The position numbers were made by a program, and so were the translations under genes. This document shows, one piece after another, positions 1 to 11,694 of a DNA stretch of 60,000 nucleotides (within the stretch, counting starts at the first letter, position 1; every line of letters starts with the position of its first letter). This DNA comes from Laetmonice hystrix (lineage: Eukaryota): positions 35,156,001 to 35,216,000 of the forward strand of contig OZ249436.1 in NCBI GenBank assembly GCA_965235115.1, in the 5' to 3' direction. The notes below the pieces were generated by a model. That model had not been told where the DNA came from and did no database searches. It saw only the letters and a program-made list of their open reading frames with translations.

Positions 1-475
1 CAAATGATTGACGAATGATTTATTTCTCTGAAGACCCCTTTCGGGTATGAGAGTAGGTTTGTAAACATAAACTAATAGATCAAATATAAGGTATAACTCA
101 ACAGTAAATAAACTAATCCAAGCATAAGACAACTATAGCCTAGGTACCAACTAGAACAAAGACATTAAAGTTTTACAAAAATGGCAACATATAGTGGGAA
201 AGGTTTGTTACAGGGCCTGATATCCAGACCATTTACACATTCAAGTATTAAACATATTCATTCGTTATTTCGCAATACCTTTCCAACTTCATCTCTTCAA
301 AGGCAGAGAACCCCCACAGAGCTACATGACATGCGGCAAAAGCGCACACTCATTTCACAAAGTATGTGAATCACTATCAAAATATAATTGTATACAGTCC
401 CATAAATTACAAGTAGGCCTTCAGTATATTTATTTAATCAAAAATTAAAATTAAAATTGCATTTGATTAATTGGA

Positions 476-503
476 TTATTTATTTATTTATTTATTTATT
501 TAC

Positions 504-538
<35 letters not shown>

Positions 539-550
539 TCTATTTATTTA
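476..550. repeat. (TATT)n microsatellite
   Basis: Directly visible run of TATT units with two variant units. Confidence 0.95.
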
Positions 551-1325
551 TGTAATATTAGCCTACCTTCATTGGATGTCATCCTCGTTGTTTAAATTCC
601 GTAGACGATTTGTTGCATTTTTTGTTGATATATCTGCCAGTCGTCACTGAAGGCAATATCAAGATGTAAAATATAGAATTTCACTGAACTATTAGAACCG
701 TAGGATAAATAATCCAAGGAGCAAAACTCACACAGTGATAAAAGGTCTTGGCGACGCTATACTAGTATGAACCTGTTTGCATGTAACTTATAACTGAACT
801 CGCCATGAAAAAAACAACAACCAGAGATACAACCATATCAACCATGAGAATGTCAGGTGATATTACGAGCACCATAGAAAGGCCTAGAAAATACAGCCTT
901 GTCATGATAATGATGTCATGCGGCCTGTATTCGACCTGCTGAATATGTGCTTAATCTTATCATCGAAAGGTCGCACAATGATTGAGTACATTATAGACCG
1001 ACCGTTCACAATTCAAAAGTCCTAAACAAGTTGATTATCACTTGGTGTACGCAATGGGCCCTTGGGGAATTAGTTTAATCAGTTAGTAATTAGTATGTAA
1101 CTAACTACACTTCAGCTTGTCTTGATCATATGTGTTAGTTCGAGGGGGGGGGGGGTCATGCCTATAGGGGATAAGTAAAAACTTTCCTTCGCTAGTGTCT
1201 GGTACCCATTGACAATATACGAGCAATATATTTGTGTGTGACCTTATTAAACTAGGACTTTTCAAAAGAAAAAAAACATAAGTATAACCATAGACCAAGT
1301 CAACAATACACTTGAGATTTCACTC

Positions 1326-1574
1326 CCCAGATAGCACACAGGCTGGCACAGCCGATGGCCCACTGTTGGGCCACCCGTCAAAGCAGCGGCAGCCGTTGGT
1401 GGCCCACTGGTGGCGTGACCAGCTGGTAGCCGTTGGCCCACCGGTGTAGATCTAGCCACCGATGGGCCAACGTTGGCCCGCTGAAGACAAGATAGCACAC
1501 AGCCGATGGCCCACTGTTGGGCCACCCATCAAAGCACCATTGGCGCGCTGTCGGCAGCCGCTGGTGGCCCACCA
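1326..1574 (+). mobile_element. Truncated non-autonomous DNA transposon end with internal GGTGGCCCAC/TTGGGCC repeats
   Basis: Starts CCCAGATAGCACAC; the segment AGATAGCACAC...AGCCGATGGCCCACTGTTGGGCCACCC recurs at about 1490. No matching right end seen. Confidence 0.5.
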
Positions 1575-2017
1575 CGCCTCCGCGCCCGTCCACCCGCCCC
1601 GCGCCTGCGCCCGCGTCATGGAAACAGCTTCAGAGATACGTTAGATCAATTTTTTCCGCCCGCGCCCGCCTCCGCTTCATGGAAAAGCAGCTTTATCTCT
1701 GAAGTTGTTTCCATGACGCGGGCGCGGCCGCGATGCGGGCGGACAGGCGCGGAGGCGTTTTTTCGAATCGCTCATGTAGCGATTTTTCCCGCGCCCGCTT
1801 GCTGCCCGCGCGGTATTGCGTCATCATTTTCTGGGAATTCCCCTGCATGGTAACAATGAAATGATGGAGGTTGCAACGGGCTCCATGGATTGAAGACCCA
1901 AACCCGCGCCAAAACTCCCGCGTCTGTGCCCGTTTCCTGGAAACACAACGCCCGCACCCGTACCCGCGTCCGCCGCCGCCTCCGCGTCCGCATCCGCGTC
2001 ATGGAAAAGCAGCTTTA
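1574..2017. mobile_element. GC-rich MITE cluster / fold-back with (GCGT)CATGGAAA(A)GCAGCTT termini
   Basis: 1574-1638 is the imperfect reverse complement of 1694-1757. AAGTTGTTTCCATGACGCGG (about 1702) pairs with CCGCGTCATGGAAAAGCAGCTT (about 1994-2015). Confidence 0.6.
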
Positions 2018-2465
2018 GCGGGGCGAGTGGCGAGTAGCGGGGCGAGTATGAAGACCATAAGGTGACATACCCGCCACTCGCGCCGCCACTCGCCCCGCTA
2101 CCCGCCCCGCCACTCGCCACTCGCCCCGCTACTCGCCACTTGGCCCGCCACTCGCCCCGCTACTCGCCACTCGCCCCGCCACTCGCCCCGCCACTCGCCA
2201 CTCGCCCCGCTACTCGCCACTTGGCCCGCTACTCGCCCCGCAACTCGCCACTCGCCCCGCTACTCGCCCCGCCACTCGCCCTGCTAACGCTAACCCTAAC
2301 CTTAACCCTAACCGGCGGGTAGCGGGGCGAGTAGCGGGGCAAGTAGCGAGTGGCGGGACGAGTAGCGGGGCGAGTGGCGAGTAGCGGGGCGAGTGGCGAG
2401 TGGCGGGGCGAGTAGCGGGGCGAGTGGCGAGTAGCGGGGCGAGTGGCGGGTGATGTCACCTTCAT
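2018..2465. repeat. Inverted array of CCACTCGCCCCGCTACTCG units around a TAACCCTAACC core
   Basis: AAGGTGACATACCCGCCACTCG (2059) is mirrored by CGAGTGGCGGGTGATGTCACCTT (ends 2462). Telomere-like CTAACCCTAACCTTAACCCTAACC lies at about 2290-2313. Confidence 0.85.
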
Positions 2466-2741
2466 GAATTCCACGCAAGTCGGGACATGAACATCAGATT
2501 TAAAAATTCCAGGCACGTGCTTGTATGTAGTATCATTCTGTTCCTTACGACTTTTCTGTTACGTCTACGTCAATGTCAATCTGTATTTTGCAAGTGCCCC
2601 ACCCACTGCACATACGCAAAGTGACCTACCCAAGAAGGAATGTGGCGCCAAATAAGGTTCAGTTTTTGCTGATGTCAACCGTTCCTACATCGCAACCATA
2701 TCTGGATACTATGGTGGCCCAAAAGTATCATCTCGACTTAC

Positions 2742-3200
2742 AAAATCTCGCATGGGGCAAACACAAAATCTCGCATGGTACAAACAAAAAATCAAAATCT
2801 CGCATGGGGCAAACAGAAAATCTCGCATGCGGCAAACACAAAATCAAAATCTCGCATGGGAGAAACACAAAATCTCGCATGGGGCAAACAAAAAATCAAA
2901 ATCTCGCATGGGAGAAACACAAAATCAAAATCTCGCATGGGAGAAACACAAAATCAAAATCTCGCATGGGAGAAACACAAAATCAAAATCTCGCATGGGG
3001 CAAACAAAAAATCAAAATCTCGCATGGGGCAAACAAAAAATCAAAATCTCGCATGGGAGAAACACAAAATCAAAATCTCGCATGGTAGAAACACAAAATC
3101 AAAATCTCGCATGGTAGAAACACAAAATCAAAATCTCGCATGGGAGAACAAAATCAAAATCTCGCATGGGGGAACACAAAATCAAAATCTCGCATGGGGC
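2742..3200 (+). repeat. Minisatellite, about 29-30 bp unit (ACAAAATCAAAATCTCGCATGGGAGAAAC), roughly 16 copies
   Basis: Direct tandem units visible. Possible imperfect TIRs ATGGTGGCCCAAAA (2711) and TTTTACGGGCGCTGCCAT (ends about 3219) suggest a MITE-borne array. Confidence 0.9.
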
Positions 3201-3235
3201 TTTTTACGGGCGCTGCCATTTTGTGAATGTGAATG

Positions 3236-3815
3236 GAATTTATTGGAAATTTTCACACAGTAACCTTATTATAGGGTATCATCAAGAAGTCTGCAAAATA
3301 TCTAAAAGATCTGACAGAAATTATGTGAGTATTGTCAAATTCAAAACAGCATGTCAAAAAATACGATATCAAAACTGTGCAAAGTGACCTACATCAGGTT
3401 CATGGATTATGCTATATGGAACTCTCTGAAGGAGAAAGTTTACCGGGGACTGAGAGACAAATTGACCGAACAGGCGTTAAAGGACAGGATAATTATGTCA
3501 TGGGAGAAGATATGGGTGGAAGAAATACGTAAAAGCATTTCTGCTTGGAAGAAACGGCTTCGTTTAGTCGTGAAGGAAGATGGAGGCCACATTGAGCATA
3601 AACTGAAATAAGTGTTTTCCTTTGATATTGGATTTTTTGACATGCTGTTTTGAATTTGACAATACTCGCATAAGTTCTGTCAGATCTTTTAGTTATTTTG
3701 CAGACTTCTTGATGATACCCTAAGGTTACTGTGTGAAAATTTCCAATAAATTCGGTTTATCTATCATTGAGAAAATACTTGTCAAAAACCGGTTCACTAT
3801 TTCTGGGACACCCGA
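3236..3815 (+). mobile_element. Internally deleted Tc1/mariner element with long TIRs (left TIR truncated)
   Basis: About 3236-3375 is the reverse complement of about 3621-3753. The right end TTCTGGGACACCCGA is followed by TA. It encloses a transposase C-terminal fragment. Confidence 0.9.
3402..3611 (+). pseudogene. Tc1/mariner transposase C-terminal fragment
   Basis: MDYAIWNSLKEKVY...SWEKI...IRKSISAWKKRLRLVVKEDGGHIEH matches the typical tail that follows the SPDLNP motif in Tc1/mariner DDE/DDD transposases. The rest of the gene is missing. Confidence 0.85.
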
Positions 3816-3821
3816 TATATA

Positions 3822-4912
3822 TCGGGTGGATAAAAAAAACGCCCCGAACTTTAAACTTCAATATTTCAAAAAGTAATGATTGTAATTCAATGAAATTTTT
3901 CTTACTATCACTTCATGATGTTGTCTCTTAGTTGTTAATGTTACAAGTCAATAGCTTGGATAATATTTCCGTGGCGCTAAAAACAAAAATCATTGTACAA
4001 AAGCGCAATGCCGTGCTAAAGCAAGGTGTAGTCGCACCCAGAGTCCCTGGCCTCACACTAGAGTAGGTGGTCAATCGGTCCCCCGTTTTCACTTCATACT
4101 GCTTTCAGTCTCTTTTTCCATGAGCCAATGCACTTCCTGATCTCTGATAGGGAAATATCTTCCCAACATTGGGAAATATGCAACGTTCTGAATGTGTTGC
4201 TAAACGTGATAATGATACGATTTCCCTTGAACTTCTGGTTAAAGGCCTTGTCCACTAAGCTTGCGGCCGTGCGATTTTCCTTGCGACGCCCATGCGATTT
4301 TGATGTCACCCTTTTATTTTCCTATAATTTTGAGATTAAAGGATGGAACCCATTTTCTGAAACGGAGAAGGCCACCCAGGAAAGATTTCAGAGTGAAATT
4401 TCACCATTAAATCAAAAATCGCATGACCGTCGCAAGGGGAATCGCACGGCCGCAAGCTCAGTGGACAAGGCGCTTTACAGTCATATCGTCCTATAATGTT
4501 GCAGTTTCTCTGTAGGGTTTGGCACATTTAACATCTGTTTTTCTCTAGAAGTACTAGGAATAGCACATAATTTATTAAATCTAGTGGTCCACAACATTAT
4601 ACATATTGTAAACATGCAAAAACTAAACACTGAAAATGGGTTTACCCAAGGTACAACGCGGTGCATCAAACAGGTATCAAATTGGACACCTGGCAGCTGC
4701 ATGATATTTGACCTAATTCCGGCATTGCGTTTTTAGACACTGATTTTTGTTTTTAGCGCCACAGAATTAATATCAAAACTATTGAGCTGAAACTTTAACA
4801 TACCAGAGATAATATCATGAAGTGATATTAAGAGAAATTTTAATGAATTATAATGCATAGTTTTTGAAATATTAAAGTTTAAAGTTCGGGGCGTTTTTTT
4901 TTATCCACCCGA
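3822..4912 (-). mobile_element. Second non-autonomous Tc1/mariner element, TA target duplication
   Basis: TIR TCGGGTGGATAAAAAAAACGCCCCGAACTTTAAACT pairs with AGTTTAAAGTTCGGGGCGTTTTTTTTTATCCACCCGA; inverted similarity extends about 190 bp; TA on both sides. The minus strand at 4058-4180 reads CWEDISLSEIRKCIGSWKKRLKAV*SENGGPIDHLL*. Confidence 0.92.
4243..4474. mobile_element. PIF/Harbinger-like MITE nested in the mariner element
   Basis: AGGCCTTGTCCACTAAGCTTGCGGCCGTGCGATT pairs with AATCGCACGGCCGCAAGCTCAGTGGACAAGGCGCT; flanks are TAA/TTA. Confidence 0.8.
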
Positions 4913-5019
4913 TATATTCATGGGCACATTAGTAAATTTCTATTTTCTCTAAAAAAAATTCGTCGTCAAATTAAAGTGTAAGCACGTGCTTTGGTGCTTA
5001 TAGGGATCTACGCGCCTGC

Positions 5020-5112
5020 TAAGGTTATTGTGTAAAAATGTTCAATGAAATCGGGTTATCTATCACTGAGAAAATACTTGTCAAAAAGCGGTTCACTTTT
5101 TCTGGGACACCC
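5020..5112 (+). mobile_element. Solo TIR fragment of the 3236-3815 Tc1/mariner family
   Basis: AAGGTTATTGTGTAAAAAT...GAGAAAATACTTGTCAAAAAGCGGTTCACTTTTTCTGGGACACCC closely matches 3722-3813. Confidence 0.85.
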
Positions 5113-6679
5113 ATATTTGTACTGGGAAGTAAAAAATTAATATAAAATAGATACTGGGAGTAGCATTTTTATAGATCTATTAAATACGTACTGGGGAGTA
5201 CTTTTTCAACACATGCACTGTCTTATACTAAAAAATAACGATATAGCTGTCCGAACTTAGATTTGCTATCCGAGTGTATGTTATAGGCCTACAGGGGGAG
5301 CCACCGGAATGTCTTCGTCTCCTCTGACATGGCGTCCATCTCTCGGTGGTCGATGGAACTATCAGACTGTCAAAGTGTGCCAAAACCGATACAGCGGTTG
5401 GAAATGAAGTCGAACAGTGCACGAACGTCCCAGTAACGTTTTATCTATAGATCACATACACGGATTTTGCATGTGGACTGATGATGGTCGTGTGAGGCAT
5501 GGCGATTCCTCTGTTCTCAGTTGGTGGAAAGATTTTTACCGCCAGGTTCGCTCTACTCAAGTCAGAGTCCTAGTTTAGAAACTAAACTAGGTTCGCTCAT
5601 ACTCATAAGGGACCCCTGCCTTTCCGAAACCAAATGGAGTATTTAGAGAGATTTGTCAGGAATTAAAAGATTACAGTAGCTGAATAAACACTTCATTCTT
5701 CATTTACATTCGACTATTTACGATTCGGACTTAAGAATTGACTGGGAAATGAACACGGAGATACTTACGTGCAGGTCATTCGCTCCACGTTCGCCTAGAG
5801 TCCAAGGGGCATGGGATTTCCCCGACCTACATCCGGGTATTTGTGAAAATCTTAACCTCTGTAAAAAGCTACAGCTCTGTGGAAAATCCTATAGACCTAA
5901 CCTATATTTTAATGGGCACTGGAATACGCCATTCGATGTATTGTAGGGCCAAGATTGATAAGATCTAAACATGGCACGCCAAGTTAGCGCAGAGATGTCA
6001 ACCATTATGAATTTGGCGTAGGCTAATGATTACGCTTTCGGGGTCATCATTACGCCATTAGGATTAATTAGGATTACTGGACCCTGAAACCAGTATTCCA
6101 ACAAAATTCTGTAAAAAAAAAAAGCCTCCTATATTGTACGTGATAGTAACATCGGGCCAATTCGGCCTCCTCAGTCATCCAGGAGCAACATAACTCTGGG
6201 CCATGCAGCATTGAAATAGACCAAAAGGGGCCCAAAATGGCCATGATTACAATAAAATCATGCAGAGGGTAGCGAGGCTAAAAAAAATTAGATGGGGCCC
6301 CTTATCAAAATCCTGGATCCACCACTGATATGCCATGAACGTTGTCATACATGGTCGCCGGCGACAATATAATATAATGCACGGCGACAATATATGCCGT
6401 AACAGCCGTCCCTTATCTGTGCACCAACCCACTGAAGTAGGCCCAAGAACGGACATTGGGTAGGACCAACACCACGTGCGACCTACAGCGACACCACGTG
6501 CGAGAAACAACGTTTGCACAGCGAGCGAGGAACTGGACCCGACATATACAGACGCCTGACACTTGCACGTGATCTCCTCTCCATGTATAGAAAGATCTCA
6601 ATAAGCGAGAAGCTGATTTAGTCAGGAACGTTGCCATGATTGACGTGACTTTGGGGGTATTTTCGATGTAACGTCATCT

Positions 6680-6832
6680 GCCACGCCACGCCACGCCACG
6701 CCACGCCACGCCACGCCACGCCACGCCACGCCACGCCACGCCACGCCACGCCACGCCACGCCACGCCACGCCACGCCACGCCACGCCACGCCACGCCACG
6801 CCACGCCACGCCACGCACGCCACGCCACGCCA
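6680..6832. repeat. (GCCAC)n pentanucleotide microsatellite, about 30 units
   Basis: Directly visible, with one variant unit near the right end. Confidence 0.97.
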
Positions 6833-6850
6833 GCGCGTTGAGATAGGACG

Positions 6851-6917
6851 TATAAAGACGCCTGCTTGTACCAAGGCCGGGTCAGATGAGCAGGGTGTTA
6901 CAGGACTTTTATATAGG
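6851..6917 (+). promoter_or_regulatory. Candidate TATA boxes of the Ly6/uPAR-like gene
   Basis: TATAAA at 6851 and TTTATATAGG at 6908, 115-180 bp upstream of the ATG at 7031. Confidence 0.4.
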
Positions 6918-7030
6918 CTGCACAGAGAGCAGAGGCAGAGGCTAGTGTGTATGTCGAGCTTGTTCGGACACTACGTACCCTGGCCTTGTGTCCATGGAGT
7001 CCCGGCAGAGACACTAGCGTGCACGCGACA

Positions 7031-7088
7031 ATGCAATCTGAGCTCCACCAAGCAGTTTTGCTGTTGCTGCTCGGGTTCTTTCAACCAG
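7031..7088 (+). CDS. Ly6/uPAR three-finger (quiver/sleepless-like) protein, exon 1 (signal peptide)
   Basis: MQSELHQAVLLLLLGFFQP plus 1 nt, then donor CAG|GTAGGT. Phase 1 joins exon 2 in frame to complete a signal peptide (…QPGGC/IKCMQC). Confidence 0.75.
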
Positions 7089-7625
7089 GTAGGTCTGAAT
7101 TCTTGGAGAGTTTTGTTTCACGAACATGTTTTAGTATCTTGATACATTTATGGGGCCGAATTGTGTTACAATGCACAGAGTACTAAGTTTCACGTGCATT
7201 GTACCCGTCAGACCCGTCCATGCAATCTATCTGCGGATATGTGTTGTATAGAATCACGTGGATTTACGTGGATTCTTTGAATGGTAGATTTACAGAGCAG
7301 GGGCGGATCAGTTAAGAGGGAAAGTCCCAATATTTCTAGTTAGGGGAGTGTAAAGGGCGGATGCAGGATATCATGCAGACTTTAGGAGGGTATCTACCCT
7401 TTAAACCCGACCCCCCCCCCCCCTCCGGCCCTGTAGGCCTACAGTCTCACGAACCTCTGCGTATCATACTGGTGTTCACCGACACCTTGGAACACATCGA
7501 AAGAAATTTGCAGAAATCGATTTAGTATAGAACTGTTTGAGGGCTAGAACCGCCTGGAAATATTTATAAGTCTTTTTTCTTCTTAAAGCTGGCAGCTGCC
7601 AAACACAGAAATAGGGATCTCCAAG

Positions 7626-7811
7626 CATGGGCGTCGCCAGGGGGGCACATGCCCCCCCCCCCCCCTGGAAAATATGAGAACAAAACCAAATGTATTAACG
7701 TGTAGTGCGCCTTTGGCGCTCGCGTTGGACGGCTTTGCCGCCCACGGCTCCACCCTCCATACCAGGTTGTGCGCCCCCCCCCCACTGGAAAAAATCCTAG
7801 CGACGCGCATG
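7626..7811. mobile_element. hAT-like MITE with 8-bp TSD
   Basis: CATGGGCGTCGCCAGG pairs with CCTAGCGACGCGCATG; flanks are TCTCCAAG and TCTCCGAG. Confidence 0.85.
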
Positions 7812-8358
7812 TCTCCGAGGCAAAATATGTAGCAGAGGACAATAGAAAATAATAATCCAACTGACCATGCAATACAATCTGTTCCACACTAATCTCCACT
7901 TAATCCACATCGTGTAAGCCGGTCGTACGTGTTGCGACTTTGGCTATACAAAACTATCCGTCATGTCTATAATATCGATATCGTGTGATATCGAGTCGGC
8001 TCGTTTCTCAGAGTAATTAGCCCTCACATTCTGAGATTAGTGGAACACATTGTAATATTCTATATATATATATAGTCAATATTATAATTTTTGTAAATTT
8101 TGTATTTTTTGGTATTTTTTAACCACTTAATTATGATATAATACGACCCATTTGAATGATGTCATGTTTTGCGTATACGATATTATAAGAGCGCACAGCA
8201 CATGCACGATAGCCAAAATCACAACACCGGCTTCAGTATGGCAACCACGTCGTATATAGCCTAGGTTTTTCTCGTTATTATATGTCTGGGTGGCATGCAC
8301 TCGTGTCTTATTCTATAGCTGGACAGCCACACTCCATGAAGTTGAGAAGTGTTATATA

Positions 8359-8594
8359 CAGGGTGAGTAAAAAAATACACTCAAAAATAGGATGATGAAT
8401 CGGAGATCTGGCAAAATCAGGACAATGTAGTAAGTACAGAAAGAGTAACTCTTGTGCTTCAATTTTGTTATTGATTCACTCAGATGCGACCTCAGATAAG
8501 GAAATACTTGCCATTTTTCAAAACCACCTAACATACCACCAATCTCTGATTCATCACCCTATTTTTGAGTCTAACGATTTTTTTACTCACCCTG
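8359..8594. mobile_element. Tc1/mariner-type MITE
   Basis: TA|CAGGGTGAGTAAAAAAAT...ACTCAAAAATAGG pairs with CCTATTTTTGAGT...ATTTTTTACTCACCCTG|TA. Confidence 0.9.
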
Positions 8595-8700
8595 TAGAAT
8601 GAGAGATCGGCAATTAGGCTTTATTATGTTTTATGTGTCTGGAAGGTAGGTATTGCAATTTAGTCAGTGTGACTCCCGACCTGACCCGTCATAAATATTT

Positions 8701-9177
8701 TTGTTCGACCCGTCGTTTCACGACTCCCGTCCTGGGCCCGTCATTAATTGTTCAACCCGTCGTGTCACGACTCCCGTCCTGGGCCCGTCATTAATTGTTC
8801 AACCCGTCGTGTCACGACTCCCATCCTGGGCCCGTCATTAATTGTTCAACCCGTCGTGTCACGACTCCCGTCCTGGGCCCGTCATTAATTGTTCAACCCG
8901 TCGTGTCACGACTCCCGTCCTGGGCCCGTCATTAATTGTTCAACCCGTCGTGTCACGACTCCCGTCCTGGGCCCGTCATTAATTGTTCAACCCGTCGTGT
9001 CACTATACTCCCGTCCTGGACCCGTCATTAATTGTTCAACCCGTCGTGTCACGACTCCCGTCCTGGGCCCGTCATTAATTGTTCAACCCGTCGTGTCACG
9101 ACTCCCGTCCTGGGCCCGTCATTAATTGTTCAACCCGTCGTGTCACGACTCCCGTCCTGGGCCCGTCATTAATTGTC
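8701..9177 (+). repeat. 47-bp minisatellite, 10 near-identical copies
   Basis: Unit TTGTTCAACCCGTCGTGTCACGACTCCCGTCCTGGGCCCGTCATTAA, head to tail with no spacers. Confidence 0.97.
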
Positions 9178-9654
9178 CTGTCATTCAGGCGTACATCAAG
9201 TCTCCATGTTGACTATACCCTTGACCACTCTAAGAAGGCTATTTTTCATGGACCGTTTCCTCTGAATGTGTATAGGTATTATTGACTTATTTAAACAGAT
9301 CTCAAGACCCCATCCTTCATATCTCTAACCGCCGTGATCTAAGATAAATTGTGCAAACGGTCGCCATACAAAGACTACGTAATATCAAGGCATCACATGC
9401 CGTAACGCTACGAAACGCCTCGCCCAAACATACCTCAGAGACAGTCACTAATAATGATGCTAGTCCGCGCCACCTGATCCATGCGACAGACTACTTGTAC
9501 TTTACTGGGCATTAGCCACTTACCATCACACACTAATATATTTTTATCATTGTTCATGTCTCCGACTGCCAACTCGGGACGAAAATTAGCCAGTAAATCA
9601 TTCTTTTCTATATCCGTGCTTGATGCATGATTAAAATGATTAAAGACGCATTTC

Positions 9655-9819
9655 GAAGAAGAAGAAGAAGAAGAAGAAGAAGAAGAAGAAGAAGAAGAAG
9701 AAGAAGAAGAACAAGAACAAGAAGAAGAAGAACAAGAACAAGAACAAGAACAAGAACAAGAAGAAGAACAAGAAGAAGAAGAAGAACAAGAAGGCGAGGA
9801 GGAGGGCGAGGAGGAGGAT
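9655..9819. repeat. (GAA)n/(GAACAA)n compound microsatellite
   Basis: Directly visible. Confidence 0.95.
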
Positions 9820-11487
9820 GATAACGACTGGGAGTTCAGAAATCATTCTTTGATATAGCCGTGGTACAATTAAAATTATGTTCTCCACTTCCAAAGGGTG
9901 CCGAGCTGTATAGCGCATTAGGCAACTCGAATTATTTTAAGAAAAGAAGTTCAACAAATGCAGTAAATGCCACGAGATACATCTCGGGGAGTCCTCGGTG
10001 GTAGACAATAATAGAGCCCATCGCGTATAGTAAAAAAAATATAGGTAATCAACTCTGCATGTAATGAAGTCTGCCCTTCATCTGTCATATATCCCGTCTA
10101 ATACCAGGGCTGTCGGGGTAGCTTCTCCGTATTTAAGCCACGTTCCCAGGATGGATTGCATACTTTCATTATTGCAACACATTGGATGTATCATGGGACT
10201 TTACCTACGAAAATTGGCTCTGTGATCCTGGTTGGTGAAGCGAACTATCTGATTTCGGCCCGACTTTTATGGCCGGTGGATGGTATTAGGATATTTAAAT
10301 TTTACGTTCAGTCCCCATCTTGTCCCGGCAAATACTGACTGGTATATACATCATATACGACAGAAAGGATGTGTCAGCTTGCATGTATGAGACAAAAATA
10401 CCCCCAGAGGGAAAGGGAAAGATAGTGAATCTCTTGAAATCATGCGAGGCTTGATGAACTAAGCGATGCGAAATGTGTTTTGATATCAAAGCCTTCTCGC
10501 CCCAGATGCTGTGTAACTAGATAGCGCAGGATGAAAAAAGAACAGTGTTCTTTAAAACCGTATGCATAGTAATCACCGCAAAAAGTTCAAATTGCTGTCA
10601 AACACGCGTTGCCTTATTCATGACTCGATGTCGATGGAATTTGACAAATAAAAACTCCAACCGTTGTAATGAAGTACCGCCAGCAGGTGACCGGTTTATA
10701 TGCGTGATCATACAATGTAAAATCCTCGGTAACTGAGGCCCTGATTCAATTTCATAAAATATTCTTTGGTAAATCTTTCAGCATATTTTTTTGCGTGATA
10801 TAAATGAACAGAATGATATTGTATTGACGAAGGCGTACAGTTCCCCCGGCCCGGAAGGACGATTTGGAACTGCCCCTTGTTCCACCTAAGTGTTTCATTG
10901 TGTCCTTACCACCCGCGCCCGCCTTCAAAGTCCTGTGTTGCCACTGACTGAAAATAGCTCGTTTCTTTATGAATTTTCGATCAATGTTATGAGTCGAAAC
11001 GGGAGATTATTGGGTATCGCGGCTTGGACACAGAAATATTTCTTCAGAACTATCCTGATAGGATTGGGAAGGAATAAGCTTGATCTGCCTGCGTGGTTTA
11101 CTCATCACATCATCTTCGTGTCCTATATAGTTTTCTCTCAGGATTATGGTCCCACAGAGCTCTTTGGTGAGTCACAGAGCTAGAAAGTTGGAAGCTCCTT
11201 GTAAAGTAGCCAGGCACTTACGAACACGCACAACCTTTATAGTTAGGGCTTACAGGAGACTATTGTAGTCTATAGTTTGGACTTTGCACGATGGAAGTTG
11301 ATATCATGACGACACGAAGCCAATCAAGGCGGTTGCTCAAAGACTAATTGGTGTCCGTCAACTATAGCGGCTTAACGGATCCACGCCAACAGCCACTGGC
11401 GTTCGTACAAACACATCGCGTCCCGCTGAACATTTATGTCTGAAGGAGATTATCCGTTTTGATTACTGCTCCAGTGTCGATAGAGAG

Positions 11488-11613
11488 GGAAGATCGAGAT
11501 TGTCAGTCCCAGGACCGGGAAGATCGAGATTGTCAGTCCCAGGACCGGGAAGATCGAGATTGTCAGTCCCAGGACCGGGAAGATCGAGATTGTCAGTCCC
11601 AGGACCGGGAAGA
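11488..11613 (+). repeat. 30-bp minisatellite, 4 copies
   Basis: Unit GGAAGATCGAGATTGTCAGTCCCAGGACCG. Confidence 0.95.
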
Positions 11614-11694
11614 CAGGAGTTGTGGTCAGAAAACAAACATCCGTGAACCAAAACCTGAGGTAAAAGTTTGGTTGGACGGTGTGTACGTCGTTTA

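Noticed and set aside
2285..2313. Telomere or chromosome-fusion site
   Set aside because: Only about 4 degenerate TAACCC units inside a repeat element; such motifs are common in invertebrate interspersed repeats.
2573..3263. Three overlapping 121-171 aa ORFs
   Set aside because: Translations of the 29-30-bp minisatellite; the same peptides recur in all frames.
6618..6874. (RGVAW)n ORFs
   Set aside because: Artefact of the (GCCAC)n microsatellite.
8701..9177. CRISPR-like palindromic repeat array
   Set aside because: Units are head to tail with no unique spacers, there are no cas genes, and the context is a eukaryotic intron. The same applies to the arrays at 37862 and 50128.
9627..9918. Protamine-like poly-Arg and poly-Phe ORFs
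   Set aside because: Artefacts of the (GAA)n microsatellite.
11142..11166. Micro-exon candidate (TTTTCTCTCAG|25 nt|GTGAGT) in Ly6-like intron 1
   Set aside because: 25 nt would shift the frame between two phase-1 exons, and the gene is complete without it.
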